From an uncultured delta proteobacterium (GTDB taxonomy: Bacteria > Desulfobacterota > WTBG01 > CAIYCZ01): a stretch of DNA of 64,000 bases. The stretch spans positions 32,001 through 96,000 of the forward strand of contig CAWDOY010000047.1 in assembly GCA_963803975.1 (NCBI GenBank). Reading direction: 5' to 3'. Shown piece by piece: positions 21,085 to 31,904 of the stretch. Each line of letters begins with the position of its first letter. Within the stretch, counting starts at the first letter, position 1. The position numbers and the translations under genes are program-made. The notes below the pieces were generated by a model. The model was given only the letters and a program-made list of their open reading frames with translations, had not been told where the DNA came from and did not search any database.

Positions 21085-21113
21085 TTGACAGGCAGCCGTG
21101 TTACTGATATATT
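21085..21113 (+). promoter_or_regulatory. sigma70-type promoter of PFOR gene
   Basis: TTGACA-N17-TATATT with TGn extended -10. Confidence 0.6.
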
Positions 21114-21148
21114 TTTAACGTTTTATTATTAGTGGGATATTTCATAAC

Positions 21149-24100
21149 ATGAAGAGGACTATGGATATGAAACCAGGATTTGTAGACATCGATGTGTTGC
21201 GCCAGCAGCTCCCCTTTCAGAAGCTGAGACAGAAAGGCGGCAAACGGATTCAGACAGACTGGAAAGCTGAGTGGGACCGGTTTGACGGAAAAAAACTCTT
21301 CAACTTCGACATTTCAAGCATCCCCGAAGACAGGCTCAAAACCATGCGCACGCGCCGCGAGGTCATCCTTGACGGCAATCAGGCGGCGCTGTCAATTTTC
21401 ACCCGTCTGGTTGACGGGTTCTGCGGCTACCCCATCACGCCTTCAACCCCGCTCGCGGAAAATTTTGCACGCGCTGCGTCCGCCGGGCAGAAAAACCTTT
21501 TCGGCCATGAGCTTATGTATCTGCAGCCCAATGACGAGCTTTCAGCCATGGTTGCCGTGGAAGCGATGGCCTGTCAGGGCGGCCGCTACGTGGACAACAC
21601 CTCATCCCAGGGGCTGGTGCTCAAGACCAAGAATCTCTTCTCCGTTGCCGGCAAGCGCCTCCCGGTCATTATGACGGTCATGGCCCGTGAAGTAAATAAA
21701 GGGTCTCTCTCCATCCACTGCGGGCACACCGATTTTTATGGCGTGCGCAATGCCGGCTGGACACAGCTGGTTTCAGGCAATAACCAGGAACTGCACGAAC
21801 TCCTGCCGATAGCATTTAAAGTGGCCGAACAGCGGCAGGTGATGCTTCCCGGCATGGTTATAGCTGACGGCTTCATCAAGAGCCACGCGCTGGAAAACAT
21901 CAGAGAGCTGCCGGATGAATTCCTCAGCTATTTTGTCGGCGCGCCCAACCGGCTCTATCAGGGGGATTTTGATAATAACCCTGCCCTCACCGGCTCCTTC
22001 ACTGACACCGACCTGACCATGGAGGGGCAGATTTCCCAGGACTTTGCTTACCGCTTCTACAAAAAGGCGGTCATCGCCGCCATGAATATGATGAACCAGA
22101 TTCTCGGCACCAACCTGAAGGTGGTTGAGAATTACCGCACCGAGGATGCAGACCTGACCCTGGTGGTGCTGGGCTCGGCAGTGGGCGTGATCAAGGATGT
22201 GGTTGACTATTACCGCGCCAGCAGGGGCTGGAAAATCGGCGTGGTGCGCCCGGTTCTGTTCACCCCGCCCTGCTATGAAGAACTCGCCTTTGGCCTGCGT
22301 AACGCTCAAGTGATTACCGTGCTTGAGCGCAGCGCCGTGGCGCACAATTGTCTGCTCAAGGAAGACGTCCAGGCAGCCCTGGAAATATCGCTGCGAGCAG
22401 CCCGGGAAAGCTCCTCAGACAAAAAGCTCTACAGCCGCACCAATGCCCCTGAGGTCCTGCACGGGGTCTACGGCCTCGGCAGCAAGGACTTCAGCAAGTA
22501 TGATGTTGCCGCGGTGATTGAAAACATGGCAGCGGCGTTCAATAACAAAGGTGCTGCCGTGCAGCGCGACTTCTATGTCGGCGTTGAAGGCCCGTACGCG
22601 CTCAAGCCCGCGGCCCTTGATGACTATAAAGACAAGGAAGTGGCCATGACCTTCATCGGCGTGGGCGCGGAAGGGGTGAAGACCTCGCTTGAGACCTCCG
22701 CCCTCATCTACGCTGAAGACAGCGGCGCGGGACACAAGTTTGTGCAGTCAGGGGCGCGCTATGGCGCAGCGCGGAAAGGTGCTGCTGTTTTCATGAACCT
22801 GCGCATCAGCTCTGATCAGATCCAGAACAGCTCCCAGACCACGGAAAATGATGTGGTCGCCTTCTTTAATGAAACCTTTCTCTCCGGGCAGATCCTAAAC
22901 GAGTACGTCGGCGGCCTGAAAGAGCGGGGCCTGCTGGTGGTGAACACCGCCCGCAAGGCTGAAGAGGTTATCGCGTCCTTACCCAGGGCCATGAAAGAGA
23001 TCATCATTGGCCGCACCATCCGCGTGAAGACCGTCAATGCCACCAAGTCAGCCCTCAAGCACCTGAAGAAAAACCTCCCGGGTGCCGCCATTGCCGGCAT
23101 CATCAACAAGGAGCTCGGCATCCTCCCTGAAGATGAGTTTGAGCGCCGGTTCACCAAAATACTGGAGAAGAAAATCGGCACCAAAAAAGGTCAGGAAGCA
23201 ATTGTTTCCAATATATCACTGCTGCGTGACGGCATCGAAGGCGCGCAGGGGGCCGGCGCTGCGGACGCCGCAGCCCCGGCAATCGCCGCCAAGCAGGCTT
23301 CTGCAGCAGCGGCAGAGCCGCTCCCTGAAGATTTCGGTCAGAGCTTCCGGGCAGCAGGACTCCCGATCGCGTTCGACAAGGACGATGAGCTGGGGACCAT
23401 CAAGCCGATCAATATCTTTGAAAACTACCAGGAACATTTCTACAACGAGATGGTGAAGCCGATCTCAGAGGGGCAGCGGATTCCCTGGGACCGCTTCCTG
23501 CCGGCGGTTCCTGCGGCAACAACCCGCTACCGCGATTTAAGCTTTATCGGCACCCAGATACCGGTCTGGAATGCCGGGAAGTGCACGGCCTGCGGCATGT
23601 GCGCCACCCAGTGCCCGGACTCTGCAATCTACACGACCATCACTGACCGCGAGATACCGGATGCGGCGAGATCCTATTTTAAAATATTCAAAAAGCCGCC
23701 CAAGGGAATTCCCTGGGAACGGTTTGCATTAAATATAAGCATGAAGCCTGACGCATGCAAGGGCTGTGGCGCGTGCGTCCAGGTATGCCCCACCGAAGCG
23801 CTGCACATGGCGTCCAAGGCCGACATCAAACCGTCGGATGTCATGCCGGCACAGTACCTTGAATTTGACCGCACCTGTGACGCGGCAAAATACGTGGACC
23901 AGATGGCCCTGCCCCACCAGGTTCTGTTTGTCTTCTCCAAGCTCTATCCCGGCAAGCACACGCTCTGCCCGGGGTGCAGCGAGGGCGTCATCAACCTGCT
24001 CACCTTTTTTGCCGCCGAGTCGCTGCGCAACAGCCCCCAGGGCATTGCCACGCTGTACCAGGGCCCGCGCATCCTGTCGGAAAAAACCGAGCGCTCCATC

Positions 24101-25057
24101 GAGCGGATGCTTGCGCATGGCTTTCACATCTGCACCCTGAACTCCACCGGATGCAACCAGGTATCGGAGCTTGCCAATCCGTTTAATGCCCGCGTCTACC
24201 GCGCCGGGCACTACGGGTTCGGAACGGTTTCTGCCGCTGCGCTGGGAGCCAAGTTCGCCATGGACCAGGCGTTGCAGAACCAGTTCACCGATGTGCTTAC
24301 CAAGGTGCTGGTGTTTGCCGGCGACGGCGCCATCTATGATATCGGCAACGGCCCGTTCAACTATGCACTCGGGGAAAACTATGACATCACCTGGGTGATC
24401 TACAACAATGAAGGCTACATGAATACCGGCGTGCAGAAATCAGGCGCGTCACGCTTCGGCAGCGACCGCTCCACCTCGCCCATGGGGAAAAAATACGCGG
24501 GCAAGACCACCACGCACCGCCGTCTCATCAGCCAGGCCATGGCGATCCCCCATGTCTATGCGGCCAAGCTGAGCATCGACAACCCCTACTATGCGATAAA
24601 TGTTTTAAAAGAGGCCATCGCTTACAACGGCCCCTCGGTCGTGGAGTTCTTCTCCTACTGCCCGCAGGGGCACCAGTATCATGACTGGGCAGGGCCGCAG
24701 ATAGCGCGCATGATGGTTGAGTCGCGCAAATGGCAGGTAATGGTACGCCGGCCATACCAGCGCCCGGACATTTCGGCAAATCCAGAGCCGGAAAAGATAT
24801 ATCCCACAGAAGGAAAGTCCTTCAAGCGCGGCGAAAAGCGGCCGCCCGCGGTCTTTGGCGACGTGGTCAAAATGCTGGGCCAGTACAGCAGGCACCTGAA
24901 AGACATGGAAGGGGTGAGCACCCCGGAGATAATCATGGTCAATGAAATGGTGAGCCTGTACCGCTGGATCGGCAACCAGTACATGGCAGGCCTGCGCAAG
25001 GATTTGCCTAATGAGAAAGAAGTGGAGCGGATTCTCGAGGAGCATTATAAGAAATAG
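21149..25057 (+). CDS. Single-chain 2-oxoacid (probably pyruvate):ferredoxin oxidoreductase, alpha-gamma-delta-beta fusion
   Basis: GYPITPST, SSQGL, two CxxCxxCxxxCP ferredoxin motifs, CPGC, TGC, GDG..YDIG...NNEGYMNTG TPP motif, YCP. Confidence 0.9.
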   Translation: MKRTMDMKPGFVDIDVLRQQLPFQKLRQKGGKRIQTDWKAEWDRFDGKKLFNFDISSIPEDRLKTMRTRREVILDGNQAALSIFTRLVDGFCGYPITPSTPLAENFARAASAGQKNLFGHELMYLQPNDELSAMVAVEAMACQGGRYVDNTSSQGLVLKTKNLFSVAGKRLPVIMTVMAREVNKGSLSIHCGHTDFYGVRNAGWTQLVSGNNQELHELLPIAFKVAEQRQVMLPGMVIADGFIKSHALENIRELPDEFLSYFVGAPNRLYQGDFDNNPALTGSFTDTDLTMEGQISQDFAYRFYKKAVIAAMNMMNQILGTNLKVVENYRTEDADLTLVVLGSAVGVIKDVVDYYRASRGWKIGVVRPVLFTPPCYEELAFGLRNAQVITVLERSAVAHNCLLKEDVQAALEISLRAARESSSDKKLYSRTNAPEVLHGVYGLGSKDFSKYDVAAVIENMAAAFNNKGAAVQRDFYVGVEGPYALKPAALDDYKDKEVAMTFIGVGAEGVKTSLETSALIYAEDSGAGHKFVQSGARYGAARKGAAVFMNLRISSDQIQNSSQTTENDVVAFFNETFLSGQILNEYVGGLKERGLLVVNTARKAEEVIASLPRAMKEIIIGRTIRVKTVNATKSALKHLKKNLPGAAIAGIINKELGILPEDEFERRFTKILEKKIGTKKGQEAIVSNISLLRDGIEGAQGAGAADAAAPAIAAKQASAAAAEPLPEDFGQSFRAAGLPIAFDKDDELGTIKPINIFENYQEHFYNEMVKPISEGQRIPWDRFLPAVPAATTRYRDLSFIGTQIPVWNAGKCTACGMCATQCPDSAIYTTITDREIPDAARSYFKIFKKPPKGIPWERFALNISMKPDACKGCGACVQVCPTEALHMASKADIKPSDVMPAQYLEFDRTCDAAKYVDQMALPHQVLFVFSKLYPGKHTLCPGCSEGVINLLTFFAAESLRNSPQGIATLYQGPRILSEKTERSIERMLAHGFHICTLNSTGCNQVSELANPFNARVYRAGHYGFGTVSAAALGAKFAMDQALQNQFTDVLTKVLVFAGDGAIYDIGNGPFNYALGENYDITWVIYNNEGYMNTGVQKSGASRFGSDRSTSPMGKKYAGKTTTHRRLISQAMAIPHVYAAKLSIDNPYYAINVLKEAIAYNGPSVVEFFSYCPQGHQYHDWAGPQIARMMVESRKWQVMVRRPYQRPDISANPEPEKIYPTEGKSFKRGEKRPPAVFGDVVKMLGQYSRHLKDMEGVSTPEIIMVNEMVSLYRWIGNQYMAGLRKDLPNEKEVERILEEHYKK

Positions 25058-25112
25058 ACTGCTCAGAGGACAGACGTCTCAGAAGACAGACAACAGACGA
25101 GAGACATTCAGA
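25023..25112 (+). repeat. Direct repeat copy 1 (PFOR 3' end plus downstream sequence)
   Basis: 90 bp identical to 31611-31700; imperfect similarity extends to about 24996-25167. Confidence 0.95.
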
Positions 25113-25120
25113 GAACAGAC

Positions 25121-25167
25121 AAGGGAAGACAGGCTGAGAGAGTAATTCAGCCTGTCTTCCCTTTTTT
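25121..25167 (+). terminator. Intrinsic terminator (probably bidirectional) after PFOR
   Basis: AAGGGAAGACAGGCTGA-loop-TCAGCCTGTCTTCCCTT followed by T run. Confidence 0.85.
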
Positions 25168-25202
25168 AAAAATATATGATGCAGTCTTGTGCCGGCATCA
25201 GC

Positions 25203-28200
25203 CTAATTTCTGTTTCTTATTTTCTGCGCCCATTCATCAATCAGGCTGTACCATGCCGGAACGACCAGAAGGGTCAGAAATGTCGAGGTCAGCATGCCGC
25301 CAAGCAGGGTTATGGAGATGGGGGCAAAGATCTCATATCCGTCGCCTTTCAGCACCGACAGCGGCAGCAGCCCCAGAATTGTTGTCAGCGAGCCCATGAG
25401 AATCGGCCGCAGCCGTATAGTGCCTGCCTGGATTATGGCCTGCCGCTTTTCAACGCCGCTTTTGCGCAGGCGGTTGATGTAATCAATAAGAATGATGGCA
25501 TTGTTGACGGCCAGGCCCACCAGGATCAGGATGCCGATAAAGGACATCATGGAAAGTGTGGTTCCGGTGAGAAACAGGGTCACGGAAACCCCGATAAGCG
25601 CCATGGGCACGGAAAAAAGAATGGCCAGGGGCTGCAGGAACGACTCAAACTGGGCGCACATGACCAGGTAGACCAGCAGTATCACCAGGGCAAAGGTGAG
25701 CACCATGGCCTGCTGCATCTCCTGCATATTCTCGTACCCGCCGCCGCATAGTATCGTGTACCCTTCAGGAAGGTTGATTGCCGCGAGCTTCTGCTTTATG
25801 TCATCAACCGTACTTCCCAGGTCGCGGCCGGTGACATTGGCGCTCAGTATCACGACGCGGCGCTGCTCTTCGCGGTTGATGCGCGAGGGCCCGATGCCCT
25901 TCACCACTTCCGCGACTTCGTGCAGGTAGTGGATGGAGCCGAGCGGCGAAGGGATGAGCACTGACGAAAGTTTCTCAGGATCATTGCGGTCAGCTTCGTG
26001 GTACTTGACGCGGATGTTGTATTCATCTCCCGCCTCGCGGTACTTGCCTGACTTTTCGCCGAGGAAGGCGGTGTCAACCGCGGCCGCGACCTGCTCGACC
26101 GTAATGCCGAGGCGCGAGGCCTTTTCGCGGTCAACCTTTATCTGCAATTCGGGTTTTCCCGGCTTCAGGCTGTTATCAAGGTCGCACACGCCGGGGACCG
26201 CGCGCATGATGCCTTCAGCTTCACCGCCGATTTTCTCCAGTTCTCCAAGATCGGCGCCTGCAATCTTTACCTCGATCGGCCGCTCGCCGCCGCCGAAAAA
26301 CCAGTCCATGGTGTCCATGTAATATATGACGCTCGTTGCGCGCAGGTTGATGCTCTGGGAGATGGAATCACATATTTCCCTGAAGCTTCTCTTGCGCTCG
26401 GCGCTTGGCTTGAGCTCAAAGTACATCTCCGCCTCATACACATCAGAGGGCGCGATGCCGAACACCATGTCGATGGTGCTGGCTTCCGAGCGGCCCACCA
26501 TGGAGAGCATGGACACGTGCTCGGGCTGAGAGGCGACCACTTTTTCCATGTCCTTCATGAAGGCATTCGTGTCCTTGAGCGACAGCCCCGGTTCGAGCTT
26601 GATCACCGCGGTGCCGTCTGACTCGTCAAGCTTGGGGATGTATTCCGTGCCGAGCTTCTGCATCAGCGCGAGAGACAAAAGAAACAGCACCAGCGCGCCG
26701 AGCAGCGCCTTGCCCCGGTTATCAAGCACCAGTGCAATCATCCGGCCGTACCAGGCCTTTATGGAATCGAAAAAGCGGTGGGAATGCTTCAGCTCCCCCG
26801 CGCCGCGGAACTCCCGGGCGGCAAGGGGCGGCACGAGAGTAATGGCGACAATAAGCGACGCCAGCATCGAAAAAACCACCGTGATACCCAGCGAGCGCGT
26901 CAGGATTCCGGTGGCGCCGGATGAAAAAGCCATGGGCAGAAACACGATCACCGAGGTCAGGGTGGAGGCGGAGATTGCCAGCAGCACTTCGCCGGTTCCT
27001 GTTTTTGCGGCGCTCAAGGGCTCCTCGCCGCCTTCAATGCGGCGGATAATATTTTCAACCACCACGATGGCGTTGTCCACGATATGACCGATGCTGAGCG
27101 CGATGCCGCTCAGGGTCATGACGTTCAGGGTATCGCCGAAGAAATAGATGACGATAAAGGTCGCCACCACGGAAAACACCATGGACAGCATCATGGTAAC
27201 GGTGGTCTTCACGCTCAGAAGAAACAGGTAGATAACTGCTGCTGAGAAGAAAAAACCCCAGAACGAGCTGTAGGCAAGGTGCTCAAGGGCGCCGCGGATG
27301 AGCCGGGAGGTGTCATAGACGTGTATTACCTTGATATCCGGCGGCAGCACTTTCTTGATCCGTTCCATCTCCGCTTTAATCCGGTCAACAACCTGCACGG
27401 TGTTGGCGCCCGGCTCTTTGGCAACGGTCAGAAGCACGGAATCGAAGCCATCGGTGCGCGAGTAGCTGCGCACCTCCTGGTAGGTGTCTTTGACCGCTGC
27501 CAGGTCCTTTAAATAGACAACGCCGCCCTCCTGCACGCGGACAATGGTGTTTTCGATATCCTTGAGCGTTGTGTATTTGCCCTTGGTGCGGACGATAAAC
27601 TCATTGCGGCCAACATCCATATGGCCGCCCGGGAAGTCGATGTTCTGGCTTTTGAGCGCCGCAGTTACCTGCTCGAGGCTCACATTGCGCGACTTGAGCC
27701 GGTCCCGGTCAACTTCGATAAGTATCTCGCGCTCCAGGCCTCCCTGCACCACTGCGGAGGCAACGCCGGGAAGCGAGGTCATGCGTTTGCCCACCGTGTC
27801 TTTTATGAATTTTCTGCAGGGTGCGCAGGTCGCGGCCGCCCGGTGCTGTAAATACCGTAATAGGCAACCGGCAGAAGGTCCATGTCAAATTTAAGAACCA
27901 CCGGCCGGTCAACCTCGCGCGGCAGAATAGTCAAGGGCAAGCTCAATCTGGTTGCGCACATCCTGGGCGCCCACGTTGAGGTCGGTCTCCCAGTCAAACT
28001 CCACCATGATGGCGCACTCGCCCTGCAGCGATACGGCCTTTACCTTGCGCACGCCGTCTACCGATGCGGCCGCCGCCTCAAGGTGCTCGGTGACAAGCTT
28101 TTCCATCTCCTCAGGCGCAACGCCGCGATAGCGGGCCATGATCGCGACAACCGGGTAGTCGGTGTCGGGAAACATGTCAAGGCCGATGCGGGTGAGCGCG

Positions 28201-28280
28201 AGCATGCCCAGGACAAACAAAACGATATAGGCAACGGCTATGGGTATCGGGTGGTCGACGGAAAAATCGGCTATCTTCAT
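25203..28280 (-). CDS. RND (AcrB/HAE1-type) efflux permease, interrupted by about three indels at 27810-27925
   Basis: MKIADFSVDHP N-terminus; GHIVDNAIVVVENI (TM4), NNAIILID, RLRPILM; three overlapping frames each carry the homologous sequence. Confidence 0.9.
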
Positions 28281-29374
28281 GACTTGATATCCACGTGATA
28301 GCCGTTCTGCAGGCGGTGGCTGCCCTCGGTCACCACAAGCTCGCCTTCTTTCAGGCCATCCTTTATCTCAGCTAAATTTTCTTCCCGGGCGCCCGGCGTG
28401 ATCTGCCGCTGCTCAACGGCTCCGTCCTTCACCACAAAGACAAAGTAGCCGTCAGGCCGCTCAAGGATTTCATTGCCGGGGATGACCAGCACATTCTCTT
28501 TCCGGTCCAGGGCGATCCTGACCCGGGCGAACATGCCTGCTGTCAGTTTGCGGTCCGGGTTGGGTATGGCTATTTTTATGCGGAACGTGCGCTGGCCCGG
28601 CTCAACCAGGGGATTTACCGTGGTGATCCGGCCTTTAAAGGCTTCACCGGGGTATGCGTCAATTTTGATTTCAGCGTCCATGCCCTCGCGCAGGGATGCT
28701 TTGAGCTTTTCCGATACATCACACTCAAGCTTTATGCTGCTCAAGTCCATAACTTCAAGGGCCTCCCACTTGTACGCCCACAGCGATGATACCTCGCCCT
28801 CGTGCATCATCTTTTTTGTTATCACGCCGTCAAAGGGCGCGCGCACCACCGAGTCCTCGTATTTCTGCTTCACCAGTCCGAGCGCAGCGCGGCACTCCTC
28901 AACCCGCGCCCGGGAAATGGAATAGGATGCCTGCATGCCGTCGTAGCGGCTCTTGGCGATTACCTTGCGGTTATAGAGGGCGGAAATGCGCTTCCAGTCA
29001 CGGGACTGCTGCTCAAGGTCGTGCTCGGCCTGCTGCAGCGTGGCGCTCGCCTGATCAATGCCGAGCGTAAAGTCCCTCGGCTCAAGCCGCAGCAGCACAT
29101 CACCCTTCTTAACCGCCTTTCCCTCATCAGCACGGATCTCCTTTATTACGCCCTCGACCTTTGACCCAACCTTTGCCTGCTGAAATGCCTGGGTTGTTCC
29201 TGATACCTGCAGGTAGGACGTTATCCTGCCCCGTGCAACTTTGACAGCTTTAACCGGTATCTTTTTGCCGTCTGCAACGTTTTCTGAGGCTCCTTTGCCG
29301 GAGCAGCCCGCAAGGAGCAGGAAAAGACCGGCGATAAAAAAAGCGGTGGGTACTTTTTTTGTAAACTGTCTCAT
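28277..29374 (-). CDS. RND periplasmic adaptor (membrane fusion protein), lipoprotein
   Basis: LAGC lipobox, VEG.I.EI...EG..VKKGDVL, VRAPFDGVI, L..GMFARV. Confidence 0.93.
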   Translation of the reverse strand: MRQFTKKVPTAFFIAGLFLLLAGCSGKGASENVADGKKIPVKAVKVARGRITSYLQVSGTTQAFQQAKVGSKVEGVIKEIRADEGKAVKKGDVLLRLEPRDFTLGIDQASATLQQAEHDLEQQSRDWKRISALYNRKVIAKSRYDGMQASYSISRARVEECRAALGLVKQKYEDSVVRAPFDGVITKKMMHEGEVSSLWAYKWEALEVMDLSSIKLECDVSEKLKASLREGMDAEIKIDAYPGEAFKGRITTVNPLVEPGQRTFRIKIAIPNPDRKLTAGMFARVRIALDRKENVLVIPGNEILERPDGYFVFVVKDGAVEQRQITPGAREENLAEIKDGLKEGELVVTEGSHRLQNGYHVDIKS

Positions 29375-29461
29375 ATGCTGTAGAGCTCCTTCTGTTTTTG
29401 TGAATGATGTACGCTTTGTTCGTTGAAGCGCAAAAAAAACGGCTGCCGAAGAACTGGTTGC

Positions 29462-30799
29462 TTATAAAATTTCTTTTCCTATTGCCCGCTCAAGCTTTGC
29501 TTTTGCAATATGGTAGTCATTCAGGGCATTGTAGTAATTATTCTGTGCCTGGGTAAGCAGCGTCTGTGCGTCCAGCACATCGGTGGTTGTCGCCATCTGC
29601 TCATTGTAGAGCTCTTTGTTGAGCCTGAAGTTTTCTTCAGCCTGCTTGATGGCGGTTTGTGCCACGCGTATATTTTTCTCGGATTCGTGTACATTCAGGT
29701 ATGCTTCCTTAACCTCAAGAACGACAACATCGCCGGTCTGTTTCTTCTGTTCCTCAGCCTGTGCGGCAAACGATTTACTGGCGCTGACCTGATACGAGCT
29801 TTTTCCCCACTCCCAGATGTCCCAGCGGCAAACAGTTGCTACCGTCCACATTTCATCATCCTCGTAGGGACTGCCGTGCAATGACGCGCTGTCCCCCATC
29901 TTCTGGTAATTGGCAACTACTGACACGGTGGGGAAATATTTGCTTTTAGCCGCCGCTACTCCTTTTTGTGCCTGCGCCAGGCGCAGGGAAGCCTCTTTAA
30001 TTTCCGGCCGCTTATGTACTGCCTGCTGCTGGCAGTCTTCGAGTGAAAACTTCTCCGGCTGATATGCCAGGATATCCTCCAGCGCGGCCGGCTCATTGAC
30101 GCCGCGGCGCAGGACCGTATTAAATTGTGCCTGAGCAATCGCAACCGCGTTCTCTGCCTGAATCAAATTCTGCTGCACCTGGGCGTATCTCACCTCTGAC
30201 TCCAGCAGGTCATTCTGGGGAATCATCTGCTCTTCATAAAATGCCCGTGCTACATCAACATGGGATTTCACCTGCTCAACCGCCTGGAGGGCGACCGCTT
30301 TCAGCTTCTCAGCTTTTAAAATATTGAAGTAAGCCTCCTTAACCTGCATAACGATATCCTGCCGGGCCCGGTCGCGGTTTTCTCTGGCTATGTCCACACC
30401 CAGCTTCGCAATCTGGTAGTTTGAGACCAGCGCCCCGCCGGTAAAAACAGGCTGGGTGAGATAGGTATTAAACTGGTAGCGGTTTTTCGTGCCGATTTTA
30501 TATTCCGTAGGATAGGGGGCAAAATCTCCGGCGGGAGACTTCATGAAGGGGTCCTCGTTAAAGCGGGTATAGCTGTGCTCGGTGCTGATCCGGGGAAAAA
30601 AGTCAGTGCGCGCTGCTTTGCGCTCGTAGTCTGCCCCGGTTACCGCATGATCCGCGGCACGCACAGCGGTGCTCTTGTCAAGCGCGATGCTGATACTTTC
30701 ACGCAAGGTTAACCTGTCGGCAGCCGCGCACAGGCTCCGGATGCCTGGGCAAATCTGCAGCAGAAAAAATCCGATTAGCAATAACCGATAGTTAAGCAT
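29462..30799 (-). CDS. TolC-family outer-membrane efflux protein
   Basis: Signal peptide, LTLRESI.IAL, QPVFTGG, EAYFN, RPEIK, DVLDAQ..L. Confidence 0.92.
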   Translation of the reverse strand: MLNYRLLLIGFFLLQICPGIRSLCAAADRLTLRESISIALDKSTAVRAADHAVTGADYERKAARTDFFPRISTEHSYTRFNEDPFMKSPAGDFAPYPTEYKIGTKNRYQFNTYLTQPVFTGGALVSNYQIAKLGVDIARENRDRARQDIVMQVKEAYFNILKAEKLKAVALQAVEQVKSHVDVARAFYEEQMIPQNDLLESEVRYAQVQQNLIQAENAVAIAQAQFNTVLRRGVNEPAALEDILAYQPEKFSLEDCQQQAVHKRPEIKEASLRLAQAQKGVAAAKSKYFPTVSVVANYQKMGDSASLHGSPYEDDEMWTVATVCRWDIWEWGKSSYQVSASKSFAAQAEEQKKQTGDVVVLEVKEAYLNVHESEKNIRVAQTAIKQAEENFRLNKELYNEQMATTTDVLDAQTLLTQAQNNYYNALNDYHIAKAKLERAIGKEIL

Positions 30800-30830
30800 A
30801 CATTTTCCTCTTTTATGCGTGGGCGTGGGC

Positions 30831-31463
30831 TTACTCTAAAGCCTGCTTAAAAATGTTGATCTGCCGGTCCACCAGCTTCTGAAGCGTCAGATGGGTATCC
30901 TCCAGAATGTCCTCGAAAAATCCCTGCTTATAGTTGTATAGAAGTCCGTCAACGCTGGTAAACAGCAGCATGGCAAGTTCAAGGCTGTCGTAGCTCTTGG
31001 AAAGGCCCTTTTCATCCAGATACGCCTGCACCGCTTTGTGGACAAACGAGTAAGCTGTCTCCACCATGCCGTCAAAGCGCTGTATTAAATCCGCGGGGAG
31101 AGACAGCCTCCGGTAGCTTATATCAAGCATTTCCCACATCTCCCGGTGCTCAATAAAGTATTTTAAATAGGTTTTAAGTACGGTCTCGATCTGCTCAAAG
31201 GGCGGCATGTCATCGCTGCGCGATTGCTCCATCATGTCAATGAGGAACTGGAAACATTCCTCGTAGATGTGCGCATAGATGGCATCCTTGTTTTTAAAAT
31301 AGAAATAGACCGTGCCGTTTGAGAGCCGCGATGCCCTGCAGATGTCTCGAATAGTTGTCGGTCGGTAGCCTTTCTTCAGGAATAGCTTTCGTGCCGCATT
31401 GAGGATGCGGGCAATCCTTTTGCGGCGCTCAGGTTCATGCAGCTGTGCAGCGGCTTCCTTCAT
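30831..31463 (-). CDS. TetR/AcrR-family regulator
   Basis: ILNAARKLF.KKGY..TTIRDI.....LS.GTVYFYFKNK. Confidence 0.93.
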   Translation of the reverse strand: MKEAAAQLHEPERRKRIARILNAARKLFLKKGYRPTTIRDICRASRLSNGTVYFYFKNKDAIYAHIYEECFQFLIDMMEQSRSDDMPPFEQIETVLKTYLKYFIEHREMWEMLDISYRRLSLPADLIQRFDGMVETAYSFVHKAVQAYLDEKGLSKSYDSLELAMLLFTSVDGLLYNYKQGFFEDILEDTHLTLQKLVDRQINIFKQALE

Positions 31464-31496
31464 GTGTGGTGTGTATCGGGGGTTTGCAAAACAAAA

Positions 31497-31553
31497 TAGA
31501 GCAGCGTTCTAAAATTAAAGTTGTTTTATAGAGCACTGCTCTAACTATGTCAA
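31497..31553 (-). promoter_or_regulatory. Promoter TTGACA-N17-TATAAA with two TetR-type operator palindromes
   Basis: TAGAGCAcTGCTCTA (31529-31543, perfect, in the spacer) and TAGAGCAgCGTTCTA (31497-31511). Confidence 0.8.
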
Positions 31554-31610
31554 GATTTTTAATACCGCCGGTTGTTGCTATGGGCAGGAACCTGCTCAAT
31601 GAGGATGAAA

Positions 31611-31700
31611 TGGAGCGGATTCTCGAGGAGCATTATAAGAAATAGACTGCTCAGAGGACAGACGTCTCAGAAGACAGACAACAGACGAGAGACATTCAGA
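31611..31700 (+). repeat. Direct repeat copy 2 (orphan PFOR 3' end, followed by a variant terminator to about 31755)
   Basis: 90 bp identical to 25023-25112; encodes ...MERILEEHYKK*. Confidence 0.95.
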
Positions 31701-31904
31701 TAGCAGACATTAAGAAGACCGGCTGAAGAGTAATGCAGCCTGTCTTCTTTTTTTTGCTGCTGCGCCAGCTTTGCAGCTCTCTCGAGCATTTCTACCGCCT
31801 GTCTCATTATGGCATTATGAAAAATGTTTTTTTTAATTGCTAATTCTGAAAAAAGTTATATATTTATTGTTTTATTTTCTAAACTCTTTGTATTGATAGC
31901 CATA

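Noticed and set aside
27803..27925. Programmed frameshifting or true pseudogenisation of the RND gene and the other broken genes
   Set aside because: No consistent slippery motif; similar breaks occur in housekeeping genes such as tyrS, grpE and argD, which favours sequencing error
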